Positions 22,889 through 34,719 of a DNA stretch of 64,000 nucleotides are shown piece after piece. Numbering within the stretch: the stretch's first letter is position 1; every line of letters begins with the position of its first letter. Source of the stretch: Macrostomum lignano (lineage: Eukaryota); contig NIVC01000911.1 of the NCBI GenBank assembly GCA_002269645.1, forward strand, positions 310,001-374,000, written 5' to 3'. The position numbers and the translations under genes are program-made. The notes below the pieces were generated by a model, which saw nothing but the letters and a program-made list of their open reading frames with translations, had not been told where the DNA came from and made no database searches.

Positions 22889-25171
22889 GTTTAATAATTT
22901 TAATAATTTTAATAAATGCTACTTTAAACAGAAGAAAACTCAACACAAGACAAAGCGAGAAAAGAATCACCATGTCAACCATAAAAAAAGCAGTCTGTCG
23001 AGAATAAAATACTCAATGTGAATTGCTAAGATTTCAAGGCTGGTATGGGAAATTTCTGTGATATCAAGACTCATGGGAGAATTTCTAAGATCTCAAGGCT
23101 CAGTGGTAATTGCTATAATGATGTGATTCTGGGGAGAATTGCTTTGATTTCAAAGCTTGAGTTCAATTGCTGCGATGTCGATCTTAATGAGGGAATTTCT
23201 GAGATGTCAAGGCTTACTGAGGAATTATTGAGATTTCAAGGCTTACTGGGCCATGGGCCAGATCAAGGCCCATGGGAGAAATTCGGAGATGTCTTGTCAA
23301 GGCTCAGAGGGAAATTCCTATACTGATGTGATTCTGGGCAGAATTGCTTTGATTTCAAAGTTCATTTGAGAAATTGCTGAGGTATCAAGGCTCATTAAAA
23401 TTATTTGCTGTCACGGCTCATGGAGATAATTTCTGGAATGCTGTGGCTCTTGGGGAATTGCCGACATTTTTAGGGTAAGAGTAAGACGTAAACCATATAA
23501 ATGAATAGGCCTGTCTAACATTAAATACTTATTGGGAATTGCTAAGTTGTCAAGGCTCATGGGGGGATATCCGAATTATAATGTGGCTCAATGCTCAGGG
23601 GGATTGTTGTGATTGCAGCACCTGCTCATATTGCCGAAATTTTGTGTCTCAAATAGGAGTTGCTGATATATCAAGGCTCATTGGGGAATAGCTGAGATTT
23701 CAAAGCTCACGGGGGATCCCTGTAATGCTGTGGGCTGTGACTCTTGGGTATTGCTGAGATACTAAGGTTCACAGGGGAATGGCTGAGATTTCAAAGGCTC
23801 CTAAAGGGAATAGCTGAAATTCAGGAAATGTCAAGGTTCATTGGGTAATTGTTGAAATGCTGTGGTTCATAGTGGGAATAGCTGAAATGCTGTGACTTGG
23901 CAGGGTTAGGGTTCAATCATAAGACCCGTGTGAAAGTGCCAAGATATCAAAAGGTTAGTCGCTCAATTTTCAGGCTCCTGGGAAAATTGCTAAGATTTCA
24001 AAAGCTCCTTGGGGAATTTTTGAAATTCTTGGGCTGAGAAGGAGTTGCTGAATTCTGTGACTCGGCTGCAGATAAAGGGTTATGGTTTGGGTTCAATTAT
24101 AGAGCCATCGTCGTGTCAATCATAAATGATTCATTAAGGAATTTCTAAGATTAAAGGCTCTTGGCGCGAATTAGTTATATGCTTTGGCTCTTCGGGAATT
24201 GGTGACAGTTCAAGGCTTTCGGTGAAATTTAGATTTCAAAGCTTATGAGGAAGTTACTTAAATGCTCAGGCTCAAGGCTCACGGGGGAGATTGCTAACAT
24301 GCCAAGACTCACTTATGGGTTAGGGTTAGGGGCTTAGGGTCAGTTTTGGTTCAATCATAGAATAACCACTCTGTTAACCATCAACCAAGGACTTGCCATC
24401 AACTAAAGACTTACTAAGATGGGAATTGCTAAGATATCAAAGCTCATGGATGGAATCGCTGAGTTGACAAGGCTCATGAAGAAATTGCTGAGATATCAAA
24501 GCTCATAAGGGGATTGCTGAATTCTTGGGGGAGGGGAGTTAGGTTGTTGGGATGTCAAGGCTTACTGGGGGAATTGGTGAGATTTCAAGGCTTACTGGGG
24601 GAATTGCTGATATGTCAAGGCTTACTGGGGAGGAATTGCTAAGATGCCAAGGCTCATGGACTCATGGTTGTTGGGCGATTGTCAGGTAGTCAGGTAGTAC
24701 GGCTGAAGTAGCTGATGTAATTCAGATAATGAAATTGTACACACAAGTGATGCTGATTTCTGCTAATAGGAAATACCAGCGCATTTATTAAAGGTTTCAT
24801 TCTTTGATTTAGGCTAATAAGAGAGTCTAAGGACGTCAATGATTTGCATATTTGCTGCGGATCAGAATATGCCCGGCCAGCGACGATATGCACTAAGAGT
24901 TTGTGCTTGAAAGGATAAGCACTATTTGCTGATTGAGAAAGGGTTTTGGGCTGATGAAGGAAACTTTTTTGGCTGATGAAAGTTCTGATTCATGGCAATT
25001 TATTTTTGCCAAAATGAGAAAAGGTAATTTTTGATTAATGGAAATCAACATTTTGGATAATTAAAGTAAGGTTACTCTTGTGTCAAAATAAAAACCAATT
25101 GGTGTCATTTTCGGGCTCCCCAGCGGGGGGCTAAATGGCTAGTCCTATATACTAAAAATGGTCTGTCTGTG

Positions 25172-25204
<33 letters not shown>

Positions 25205-25653
25205 GTGATCGATTAGAGAAAAAATGGCTTAACCGATTTTCATGAGACTTGCACTGTTCGATCAGAAATTTTCCCGTGACGGTACATGCATCGTGGCTAA
25301 GAAATTGCTCGATGCTAAAGGCATTAAATATTCGAAAAACATGCTCTTTGCAAAGGTCAAGCAAACTTTTCGACTTGAAATGCATTGTAAGAATGCTAGA
25401 GAAAAAATTGACTGGTTGATTCTGATTCTGAAATAGATTGCATCATAACTGAATTGTAACTCCAACTTGAATTGCGTCACAGTATTGAAAATGCAGTGTG
25501 GAAGCGTAGCACCAGACTTGATTTAGATTGTGTAACCATATTGTCAACTTTAATTGAGACTGATACTGACTTGCCTGGGAAATTGATTATGTCATAACTG
25601 CTTCGTGAGTGAGTGTTGAATTATATAAGTGCTACAATTTCACTTATAAATTC

Positions 25654-25719
25654 GATAAGATCTAGCCTAGAAGTTAACAGACTGGACTGCTAATGCAGCG
25701 ACCTGGGTTCGAATCTTAG
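25654..25719 (+). pseudogene. tRNA-like cassette in element D
   Basis: tagcctagaagttaacaga-ctgga-ctgctaa-tgcag-cgac-ctggg-ttcgaat-cttag. Anticodon-like and T-like stem-loops are recognisable. Confidence 0.5.
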
Positions 25720-25776
25720 TAGTAAATTTTTTTATTAAAAGCTTTTATTAAAAAAATAATAAATTAAAGGACTAAA

Positions 25777-28460
25777 GGCGTCATGTAAAAAATCATAGAA
25801 TAGTCATGCAAAAAATCATAGAAGCGTCATGTAAACAATCATAGAAGCGTCATGTAAAGAATCATAGAAGCGTCATGTAAGCAATCATAGAAGCGTCATG
25901 TAAAAAATCATAGAAGCGTCATGTAAAAAATCATAGAAGCGTCATGTAAACAATCATTGAAGCGTCATGTAAAAATCATTGAAGCGTCATGTAAAAATCA
26001 TGGAAGCGTCATAAAAAATCATAGAAGCGTCAAGTAAAAAATCATAGAAGCGTCATGTAAACAATCATAGAAGCGTCATGTAAAAAATCATAGAAGCGTG
26101 ATGTAAAAAATCATAGAAGCGTCATGTAAACAATCATAGAAGTGTCATGTAAAATCATAATAGATGCGTCATGTAAACAATCATAGAAGCGTCATGTAAA
26201 AAATCATAGAAGCGTCATGTAAAAAATCATAGAAGCGTCATGTAAACAATCATTGAAGCGTCATGTAAAAATCATTGAAGCGTCATAAAAAATCATAGAA
26301 GCGTCATGTAAAAAATCATAGAAGCGTCATGTAAACAATCATAGAAGTGTCATGTAAAATCATAGATGCGTCATGTAAACAATCATAGAAGCGTCATGTA
26401 AAAAATCATAGAAGCGTCATGTAAAAAATCATAGAAGCGTCATGTAAACAATCATTGAAGCGTCATGTAAACAATCATAGAAGTGTCATGTAAAATCATA
26501 GATGCGTCATGTAAACAATCATAGAAGCGTCATGTAAAAAATCATAGAAGCGTCATGTAAAAAATCATAGAAGCGTCATGTAAACAATCATTGAAGCGTC
26601 ATGTAAACAATCATAGAAGCGTCATAAAAAATCATAGAAGCGTCATGTAAAAAATCATAGAAGCGTCATGTAAACAATCATAGAAGCGTCATGTAAAAAA
26701 TCGTAGAAGCGTCATGAAAAAATCATAGAAGCGTCATGTAAACAATCATAGAAGCGTCATGTAAAAAATCATAGAAGCGTCATGTAAAAAATCATAGAAG
26801 CGTAATGTAAACAATCATAGAAGTGTCATGTAAAAATCATAGAAGCGTCATGTAAAAATCATAGAAGCGTCATGTAAACAATCATTGAAGCGTCATGTAA
26901 AAATCATAGAAGCGTCATGTAAACAATCATGGAAGCGTCATAAAAAATCATAGAAGCGTCAAGTAAAAAATCATAGAAGCGTCATGTAAACAATCATAGA
27001 AGCGTCATGTAAAAAATCATAGAAGCGTGATGTAAAAAATCATAGAAGCGTCATGTAAACAATCATAGAAGTGTCATGTAAAATCATAATAGATGCGTCA
27101 TGTAAACAATCATAGAAGCGTCATGTAAAAAATCATAGAAGCGTCATGTAAAAAATCATAGAAGCGTCATGTAAACAATCATTGAAGCGTCATGTAAAAA
27201 TCATTGAAGCGTCATAAAAAATCATAGAAGCGTCATGTAAAAAATCATAGAAGCGTCATGTAAACAATCATAGAAGTGTCATGTAAAATCATAGATGCGT
27301 CATGTAAACAATCATAGAAGCGTCATGTAAAAAATCATAGAAGCGTCATGTAAAAAATCATAGAAGCGTCATGTAAACAATCATTGAAGCGTCATGTAAA
27401 CAATCATAGAAGTGTCATGTAAAATCATAGATGCGTCATGTAAACAATCATAGAAGCGTCATGTAAAAAATCATAGAAGCGTCATGTAAAAAATCATAGA
27501 AGCGTCATGTAAACAATCATTGAAGCGTCATGTAAACAATCATAGAAGCGTCATAAAAAATCATAGAAGCGTCATGTAAAAAATCATAGAAGCGTCATGT
27601 AAACAATCATAGAAGCGTCATGTAAAAAATCGTAGAAGCGTCATGAAAAAATCATAGAAGCGTCATGTAAACAATCATAGAAGCGTCATGTAAAAAATCA
27701 TAGAAGCGTCATGTAAAAAATCATAGAAGCGTAATGTAAACAATCATAGAAGTGTCATGTAAAAATCATAGAAGCGTCATGTAAAAATCATAGAAGCGTC
27801 ATGTAAACAATCATTGAAGCGTCATGTAAAAATCATAGAAGCGTCATGTAAACAATCATTGAAGCGTCATGTAAAAATCATTTAAGCGTCATGTAAAAAT
27901 CATAGAAGCGTCATGTAAACAATCATAGAAGCGTAATGTAAAAGCAAAAAAGCGTCATGTAAAGATCATAGAAGCGTCATGTAAAAAAAATCATAGAAGC
28001 GTCATGTAAAAAATCATAGAAGCGTCATGTAAAAAATCATAGAAGCGTCATGTAAAAATCATGGAAGCGTCATGAAAAAATCATAGAAGCGTAATGTAAA
28101 AAATCATAGAAGCGTCAAGTAAAAATCATAGAAGCGTCAAGTAAAAAATCATAGAAGCGTCATGTAAAAAATCATAGAAGCGTCATGAAAAAATCATTAA
28201 AGCGTCATGTAAAAATCATAGAAGCGTCATGTAAAAATCATGAAAGCGTCATGTAAAAGGCATAGAAGCGTCATGAAAAAATCATAGAAGCGTCAAGTAA
28301 AAAATCATAGAAGCGTCAAGTAAAAATCATTAAAGCGTCATGTAAAAATCATAGAAGCGTCATGTAAAAATCATAGAAGCGTCATGTAAAAAATCATAGA
28401 AGCGTCATGTAAAAATCATGGAAGCGTCATGAAAAAATCATAGAAGCGTCATTTAAAAAA
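25777..28460 (+). repeat. Satellite array (21-23 bp unit) inside element D
   Basis: Same unit as in A and B. Confidence 0.95.
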
Positions 28461-29315
28461 TAAGGAAGCATCATGGTAGAATAAAAGAAGCGTCATGTCA
28501 GACATGAAGGGTTCATGTAAAAATTAAATGCAGCTATAATGCTGTGCTGGGGAGAAAAACAGACGTAAAGGCTCTCAGAGAATAACTGAGATTACAGGGG
28601 GGGGGGTTTCTGAGATGTCAAAGCAAAAGCCGGAAGCTACTTCAAAGTTCATGTACTTTACTCAATTTTTTTATTACATTCTTTGTTGGCTCGCCACGGG
28701 GGGAGGCGCTGATAGAAGAAGAGTCATGTAAAAAATAAAAGTGGCACTATGTATACATAAAAGAAAAGTCATGTCGAAGTTAAAAGATTCATTTGGGAAT
28801 TGCTTACAATGTCAAAGCTTGGTGGAAATCGTTATAGTGCTGTGATTCTTAAAGAAGGAATCACTAAAATGTCAAGGCTTAGGGGAGAAGAATTGCTGAG
28901 ATTTCAAGACTTTAGGTTGGGTTAAAGTTAGGTTTAGGTCAGGTGTGGGTTGAGGGTTATATTTTATCGGGTTTCAAGTTTAACAGGGGGTTTTTTAGAT
29001 GTCAAGGTTTTTTGGGGGCCATCGCTGACATGTCAAGGCTTACGGGGGAATAGCTGAGATGTCAAGGCTCACGGGGGTATAAATGAGATTTCAAGGCTAA
29101 AGTCAGAAGCTACATGTAGTTTATTGAAAACTTTTTATTACATTATTTGATGCCTCGTCAGGGGAGGGATCGCTGATAAAAATAAAAAAAGCTTCATGTC
29201 GAAGTTAAGAGATTCATTTGGGAATCCCTACGATGTCGAGGCTTGCAGGGAATCGCTATAATGCTGTAGTAGTGCTATAATGACTCTTAGAGAGAATTAC
29301 TGAAATTTCAATGCT

Positions 29316-29390
29316 TTAGGGTTAGGGTTAGGGTTAGGGTTAGGTTAGGGTTATGGTTAGGGTTAGGGTTAGGTTTAGGGTTAGGGTTAG
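29316..29390 (+). repeat. Interstitial (TTAGGG)n inside element D
   Basis: About 12 units with variants, with the same flanks as the tracts in A and B. Confidence 0.9.
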
Positions 29391-30260
29391 AAGGTTGATT
29401 GACAGATATTTTTAGATTTCCAAGGCTTATTGGGGGCATTGCTGAGATGTCAAGGGGGGAAGTTGATATGTTAAAGCTTGTGGGGGGGAATTACTGACAT
29501 GTCAAGGCTTACAAGGTTTGACAGGAGATTTTTTAAGATTTCAAGGATACATGTAGCTTATTAAAAAAACGTGTATTGCATTTCTTTGGCTCCCCAACGG
29601 GGGGCGTAGATTGCTAGTAACTGTTCTAAATCTGCTGTAAGTGTTGGCAAAGTTAAGACTGAAATGCATAGAACTATCTTTATAGGCCCAACTAATTTTG
29701 ATGAATTGCATGGTTTTGAAAATTGAAACGTTACCTTGTGCTAGAAAATTGGGACTCCTTTGACTTTTGGAAACAGCAGCCAGAGAACAGGCACAATACT
29801 ATCAATTGCGCATAAAATTCTCATTTTGCATGCTGTTATAGGTTATATTCTGCTTCTAAAAACATCACGAACAAGTGAAAAAGTTACTAAATTTTTCTCG
29901 AATTGCATCAATCTTTTACTGTTTCGACAATCGTATAATTGTTGCTATAATTGTTGAGTATTCGGGAAGCTAATCTACGAGACGTACTAAGAGCTGTGCA
30001 TTTTTCCAACAATGACAACAAATGCCAGTCAACGAAGGAAATGCCAAGTTGCCAGAGAAGGTCTTCAAGAGTGCACTTTATTATCAGTGCGATATATCCC
30101 TGATTGTCTAATGCGCTCCTAGATCGAGCTCAAGAAGGATGAGCGCAGAATTCTAGGTTATGGTGAACTTTTTTTACTATATCTTTCACGTAAAACAAAA
30201 CTAGGCTGTACGATATTGAATGCAAAGCTAAAAGCTATATATTACAGTATATTATACATT

Positions 30261-30753
30261 CGTTCGTTCGATCCGAGCCGTCCTCCAGTCCGAAGCGCTG
30301 CCCGACCGCCAGAGGGCTCGGCTGTGGCAGGCGGTGGTCGAAACCGTCCTGCTTTACAACGCCGAGTGGACGCTGACGGCTGCGCTAGAGCGGCAGCTGG
30401 ACTCGGCGCACTCAGGGCTGCTCCGTGCGGCCTTTCGAGCTAACGAGAGCGTCGGAACCGAGGCCCTGTACGATCGGGCCAAGCTGCAGCGCCCGTCCAC
30501 CATCCTGCGCCAAAGGCGACTTAAACTGGCGGGCCACGTGATCCGGGCCGAGGGCTACTGCCCCCAACCTGTTCAGGACGTCCTGCTGCTCACTTTGCAG
30601 GGTCCGTTCATGCGGGGTCAGGCCCGAACCCGTCGATACGTCGACTGCCTGCTGTGGACTTTGTTCGCTCCCAGGCTCTGCGGCGCGCCATCTGACGCGC
30701 CCTGCTCTAACTGTGACTGTGCATGCGGGGTCGCGTATTTTGTTGTTGTTGTT
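30261..30753 (+). mobile_element. 5'-truncated RTE-type non-LTR retrotransposon fragment with 14-bp TSD
   Basis: VETVLLYNAEWTLT...RQRRLKLAGHVIR resembles the post-RT region of RTE-clade LINEs. (GTT)n tail. Direct repeat gtatattatacatt at 30247-30260 and 30754-30767. Confidence 0.78.
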
Positions 30754-31395
30754 GTATATTATACATTACAATATATAAAACATGTTTTTTTAAAGCCAGA
30801 AATGTACAATGAAATGCAAGTAAAGAAAAGCGAATCAGGATAAAACCAATAGTAACCGGCATGAAACATCTGTTGATGCTAGTCGTATAGTGTATTTCTT
30901 AAGAAAACTGTACAATTGCGGACAAGATTTTTTTCAAGAAAAATATGTAAGTGGAACAGCAAGACTTCGTTGGAAAATACATTTAGGAGCGTATTACCTC
31001 TACAGAAATCTTCACATTGACTTTCTAATTTGTGTGATTAAATCGTTGGTCCGCGAGCCGTGCGTTATGGCTAGCAGCAATTTTCACAAAACAGGAAGTT
31101 TATGCAACGTCAAAATGGTAGATGAAGCCTATTCCAACACGAGGCAATGCCCATCTAAGCTCGTTAAAACGTAGGCATAAATAATCCTGTTGTTGCGTAG
31201 GTCAACTGAATATTTAAATTAAAAATTAACAAAGTAGCCATAGGCGCATCGAAAAAAAGTTTGAGTGATGACGAATCGTAGACTTTCTGGGAGAAGTCTG
31301 GTATCGTTTAAGTGTCTGCTGCTTCGAGGACTAGTGGTAATTACTTTAATTTATGAATTTATTTCAATGCCATACTTAGTAAGTTAGATGACAAT

Positions 31396-31449
31396 ATGCA
31401 AAGCGGGAAACATTTTAAGACTTCCACATGCACGAGACTGAGCCTTCTG
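31396..31449 (+). CDS. Ig-receptor copy 2, putative first exon (signal peptide start)
   Basis: ATG...CTG|gtatga, 18 codons, phase 0. Joins to VAATVFYLPHTSA to form a plausible signal peptide. Confidence 0.5.
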
Positions 31450-31578
31450 GTATGATGCTTCACGAGAGGATTCACTTTTAGATACTTATTAAAACAAATA
31501 TTTCCAAGCGTTTATTAAAAACTGAAAAAAGACAGTTTGTTCCAATTCAGCTAAACTTTTTCTATTCTAAACGCGCAG

Positions 31579-32175
31579 GTTGCAGCCACAGTCTTCTACC
31601 TGCCACATACATCGGCGCAACGAAATGGTGACAATCGGTATTTGCTGCTATGGGGCGACACCTGGTTTGCCAGTGGACCCAAATTAGCACAGCTGGCCAT
31701 TTTATCCGCCGAATCGTCCGGTCATATTCTGAATATCAAAACTGACCTTCGCTTCGGGATGACTTCAGAGAACGCAACTAAATATTGTTTCTTAAAATAC
31801 AAATGTAACATCAGTGATTCTGATACAGACTTTTCAGAAGTAAGTCTTCACAGAAATTTAAATGAACAAAAGAAAAAGCTATGCTTCCGAGGCGCTATCG
31901 CCTTTGAGATTGAATCGACAAGTGGTTTCGATAATTTCGGTTTTCAACTTATTAAATCTTTGGAACAAGGAAGTAAAAACTATAAATTTACTCCCACATT
32001 TCGAGATGCACTGACATTGCAGGTGGTATGGAAAGGCTTCGATGGCAAGATTCTGATGAAAAGCGGTCGACTCTACGTTTGGACCATGGATGCTTGGTTG
32101 AAAATTCCTACTTTGGTTCACAATGCATCGGAAATACTGAATGCTTTGTTTTCGCGAGGCATGATCGAGTCAGAG
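31579..32175 (+). CDS. Ig-receptor copy 2, exon encoding variable N-terminal domain
   Basis: Acceptor cgcgcag at 31578. 597 nt. Shares WGDTWFAS, YKC and KLC with copy 1. Putative donor GAG|gtggac at 32176. Confidence 0.65.
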
Positions 32176-32253
32176 GTGGACAGAGCGCAAAGTGTCCAAA
32201 TCATAAGTGATAATTAAGTCAACCTGATCAAGTCAGCTCCTCCATTCTTGCAG

Positions 32254-33351
32254 CCATTGATCAATGTAGGCCTTGCGCTCAGCCCAGACCATTGTCAGAA
32301 TCTGCAGTTCAGCCAATCAGTTATTCTAACAAATAATTTCTACACGAAGCTAGACCAGTGGAACTTGGATCTGATGCGGCATGCACAACTGGACGTGGCT
32401 ACAGGTAGATTGAAATTGTTCTCAATTGGCTTCATGGATGTAATGAAACAACGCAGCACAGGAGACGTCACATTTTGCGTCATTCTGTCACTTTCTGGCG
32501 AACGGGAACCTTACGAGGTTCGCCGAAGAGTTGGACGCTTGTCTCTTCCAAGCACAAAGGAGGCTGGAACACCACTTGTAGTTCGCGGTGCAAAATGCAG
32601 TCTTGTTGGTAAGAAAAGAAGAAGTGTAACTCTTCGATCAGGAATGGTGCGCTCTCATTTAGCTTGTCCGATTGTGTGCAACTCGGCGATCGGGAGTCGT
32701 CAATCCGAGTTTTACCACAACAATCAGTCTTTGATTGCTCAATTGTCAACAGGTTACCCTATTAAGCAATGGACAACGCTTGCCAATGGAATAAAGATCT
32801 CGACTGGAGGTCACGTGATCGAACTGCCGAAGAAACTGTCGCAGAAAAGTCACGGTGGTGACTACATGTGCAGAGCAGGAGGAGTGTCTGCACATATACA
32901 AGTTCATGTAGTTGTTCCACCACAGGGACTGAGGTACCCTCCAGATCGAGTTTTGGTAGCTGAGGGTGACAGCATAAATCTGACTTGCGAGACAGAAGTG
33001 TCTGACCAAGCAGACACGCGAATAAGTGTCAATTATAAAACTAAAACTCAAAGAAACTCACAGTTTTCGTCGATTCTTACCAAACAGACTGTATACTTAC
33101 CTCCGGCTGAAAATAATTTGAATCGTTTCTACGGAATAAATACTTCAGCTTCATTTGAAGACGCAAATACTTTTGTATGTACAGTGCAATCTATACAAGA
33201 CGGTGAGCCAGAACTGCCGATGTACTGGATGCGTGCTCGCTCCCACATCGTTTTAGTTCCCGAAATTCTCCCAGCAGCCCATGTCACAGCTAGCAGTGCG
33301 AGTCACTGCTCATGGAAACATCTGTGCCTGATTTACAGTCGCATTGACTAA
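32254..33351 (+). CDS. Ig-receptor copy 2, main exon up to premature TAA
   Basis: Near-identical to copy 1. Acceptor ttcttgcag at 32253. TAA at 33349-33351 where copy 1 has TGG. Confidence 0.7.
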   Translation, partial: PLINVGLALSPDHCQNLQFSQSVILTNNFYTKLDQWNLDLMRHAQLDVATGRLKLFSIGFMDVMKQRSTGDVTFCVILSLSGEREPYEVRRRVGRLSLPSTKEAGTPLVVRGAKCSLVGKKRRSVTLRSGMVRSHLACPIVCNSAIGSRQSEFYHNNQSLIAQLSTGYPIKQWTTLANGIKISTGGHVIELPKKLSQKSHGGDYMCRAGGVSAHIQVHVVVPPQGLRYPPDRVLVAEGDSINLTCETEVSDQADTRISVNYKTKTQRNSQFSSILTKQTVYLPPAENNLNRFYGINTSASFEDANTFVCTVQSIQDGEPELPMYWMRARSHIVLVPEILPAAHVTASSASHCSWKHLCLIYSRID

Positions 33352-34083
33352 AAGTTTTCTATCGAGCGACGGTTCCTTGAGTCTGTAACATCTTCTGGAG
33401 CTCGCTTTACTGGACATTTCAGTCTGAACGGACTCGCGCTCACACGAGCATTCCTAATCGAACGCGGTTGGCAAGACGCATTGAGCATCGAGTATGACAA
33501 TAAAAATGGTCAACTCATTCTTAGCGTAAGCGTTGCCGCCACGAAGAGTACGCCAAATTTATTGAACCTTTTTAAAGAACAAGCGTCAAAGAAATCGGGT
33601 TCACTCACCGCGGTGTTTAACTATCACTACCCTGACATTGAAGTCCTCGACCATATAGAACTGGTAAGATACTCTCGGAAAGTGGAGTACAACGGTAGCG
33701 ACACAATCTGTGCTGAAGATCCGACTTGTTTCTACTCTACTGCATTCGAAGACCAGCTGATTAACTCAGATAGGTCAGAGAGCCTTACGAAGATGATGGT
33801 GAACTTTGATTTGATCGCTGAAAGCGTCGATCCGGCAAGTTTCTATCGTCGACTGGCTCTGCTGCTGTCTGCTTCAGTGCTCGGTTGTGGCGCTTTGATA
33901 GCGCTTGGATTCTGGCTCCGCCGGCGTTCGAGACATCAAAGTGTCGTGTCTACAAGGCCGCAATGCCGCTGGGAAACTGAGCCCGGAAACAATTTCGAAC
34001 GGCAAGACGCTTACGATGTCGTACTTTTTGTTGATAAGCCAGAGCCGACTGCTGTTATTAGAAATGATTTTTGTCGTAAATAG
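33352..34083 (+). pseudogene. In-frame remainder of Ig-receptor copy 2 (stalk, TM, divergent tail) behind the premature stop
   Basis: The frame stays open after the TAA. TM LALLLSASVLGCGALIALGFWL; tail ...QDAYDVVLFVDKP... Confidence 0.65.
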
Positions 34084-34719
34084 AAAAGTGGAGGATTTCT
34101 AAATTGCATATTTTTTATGAACTTTACTACTGTTTACAGAACAGAAGAAGCGCAACTCATATCCAGTAATAATTATTAGTAATAATGCTAATTTTTTTAA
34201 ATTCTCTATTCATTTTTTTAGTTTTGCATGTTGCTTTAGTCCGCCTTATTCTGTCCGATTGTATGTCGAAAAACACGACTGGATTTATTAGTACTTGCAT
34301 CAGGTACAAATGTAAATACCATGCTACGAGCTACATTTTTACTCAAGGGATTTGCTGATTTTAGCTCGAGTTTCAGTCCCAGTCATAGTGATTTATTTTA
34401 TTGCTTTCTTTTTTCGTTTCGGTTTTGTTAACAAAAACAATATACGCTATTATGCGCTATTCAAGCTATTCAAGTATTCAAGGTATGCGCTAAAATAAAC
34501 TTACATGCACGAATTCATTACCCATTCCATGGACCTCTCATTATTGTCAGTCTCTCCAGTTGGATTCTCAGAGCAAAATCGCAAACACACACTGTACCTG
34601 CTCTAAATGCTTTTCAGTTAATGATCAGTTTTAGTGCTAAAAGTGGGCTAACAAGAGCGAAAATAGCATCCTGCAGTTACGATAGTTACTGAATCATACA
34701 GTTGCATTTGTGCATCACC

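Larger units (their letters stand above)
19917..25142 (+). mobile_element. Non-autonomous Helitron-like element C (divergent composite)
   Basis: Starts TCtaaatatactaaa immediately after the CTAG of B. Ends with hairpin gctcccc-agc-gggggg-c + taaatggCTAG (25139-25142). Has a diverged homolog of the 5' block and gggaattgctgagat..tcaaggct subrepeats. Confidence 0.65.
25143..29617 (+). mobile_element. Non-autonomous Helitron-like element D
   Basis: Starts TCctatatactaaaaatg followed by a (TCTA)n microsatellite. Ends hairpin + gtagattgCTAG (29614-29617) followed by T. Confidence 0.75.

Noticed and set aside
25654-25719. Functional tRNA-Ser(GCT) gene
   Set aside because: No clear acceptor stem, mismatched stems, no long variable arm as expected for Ser, and the copies differ from each other. 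Kept only as a tRNA-like cassette.
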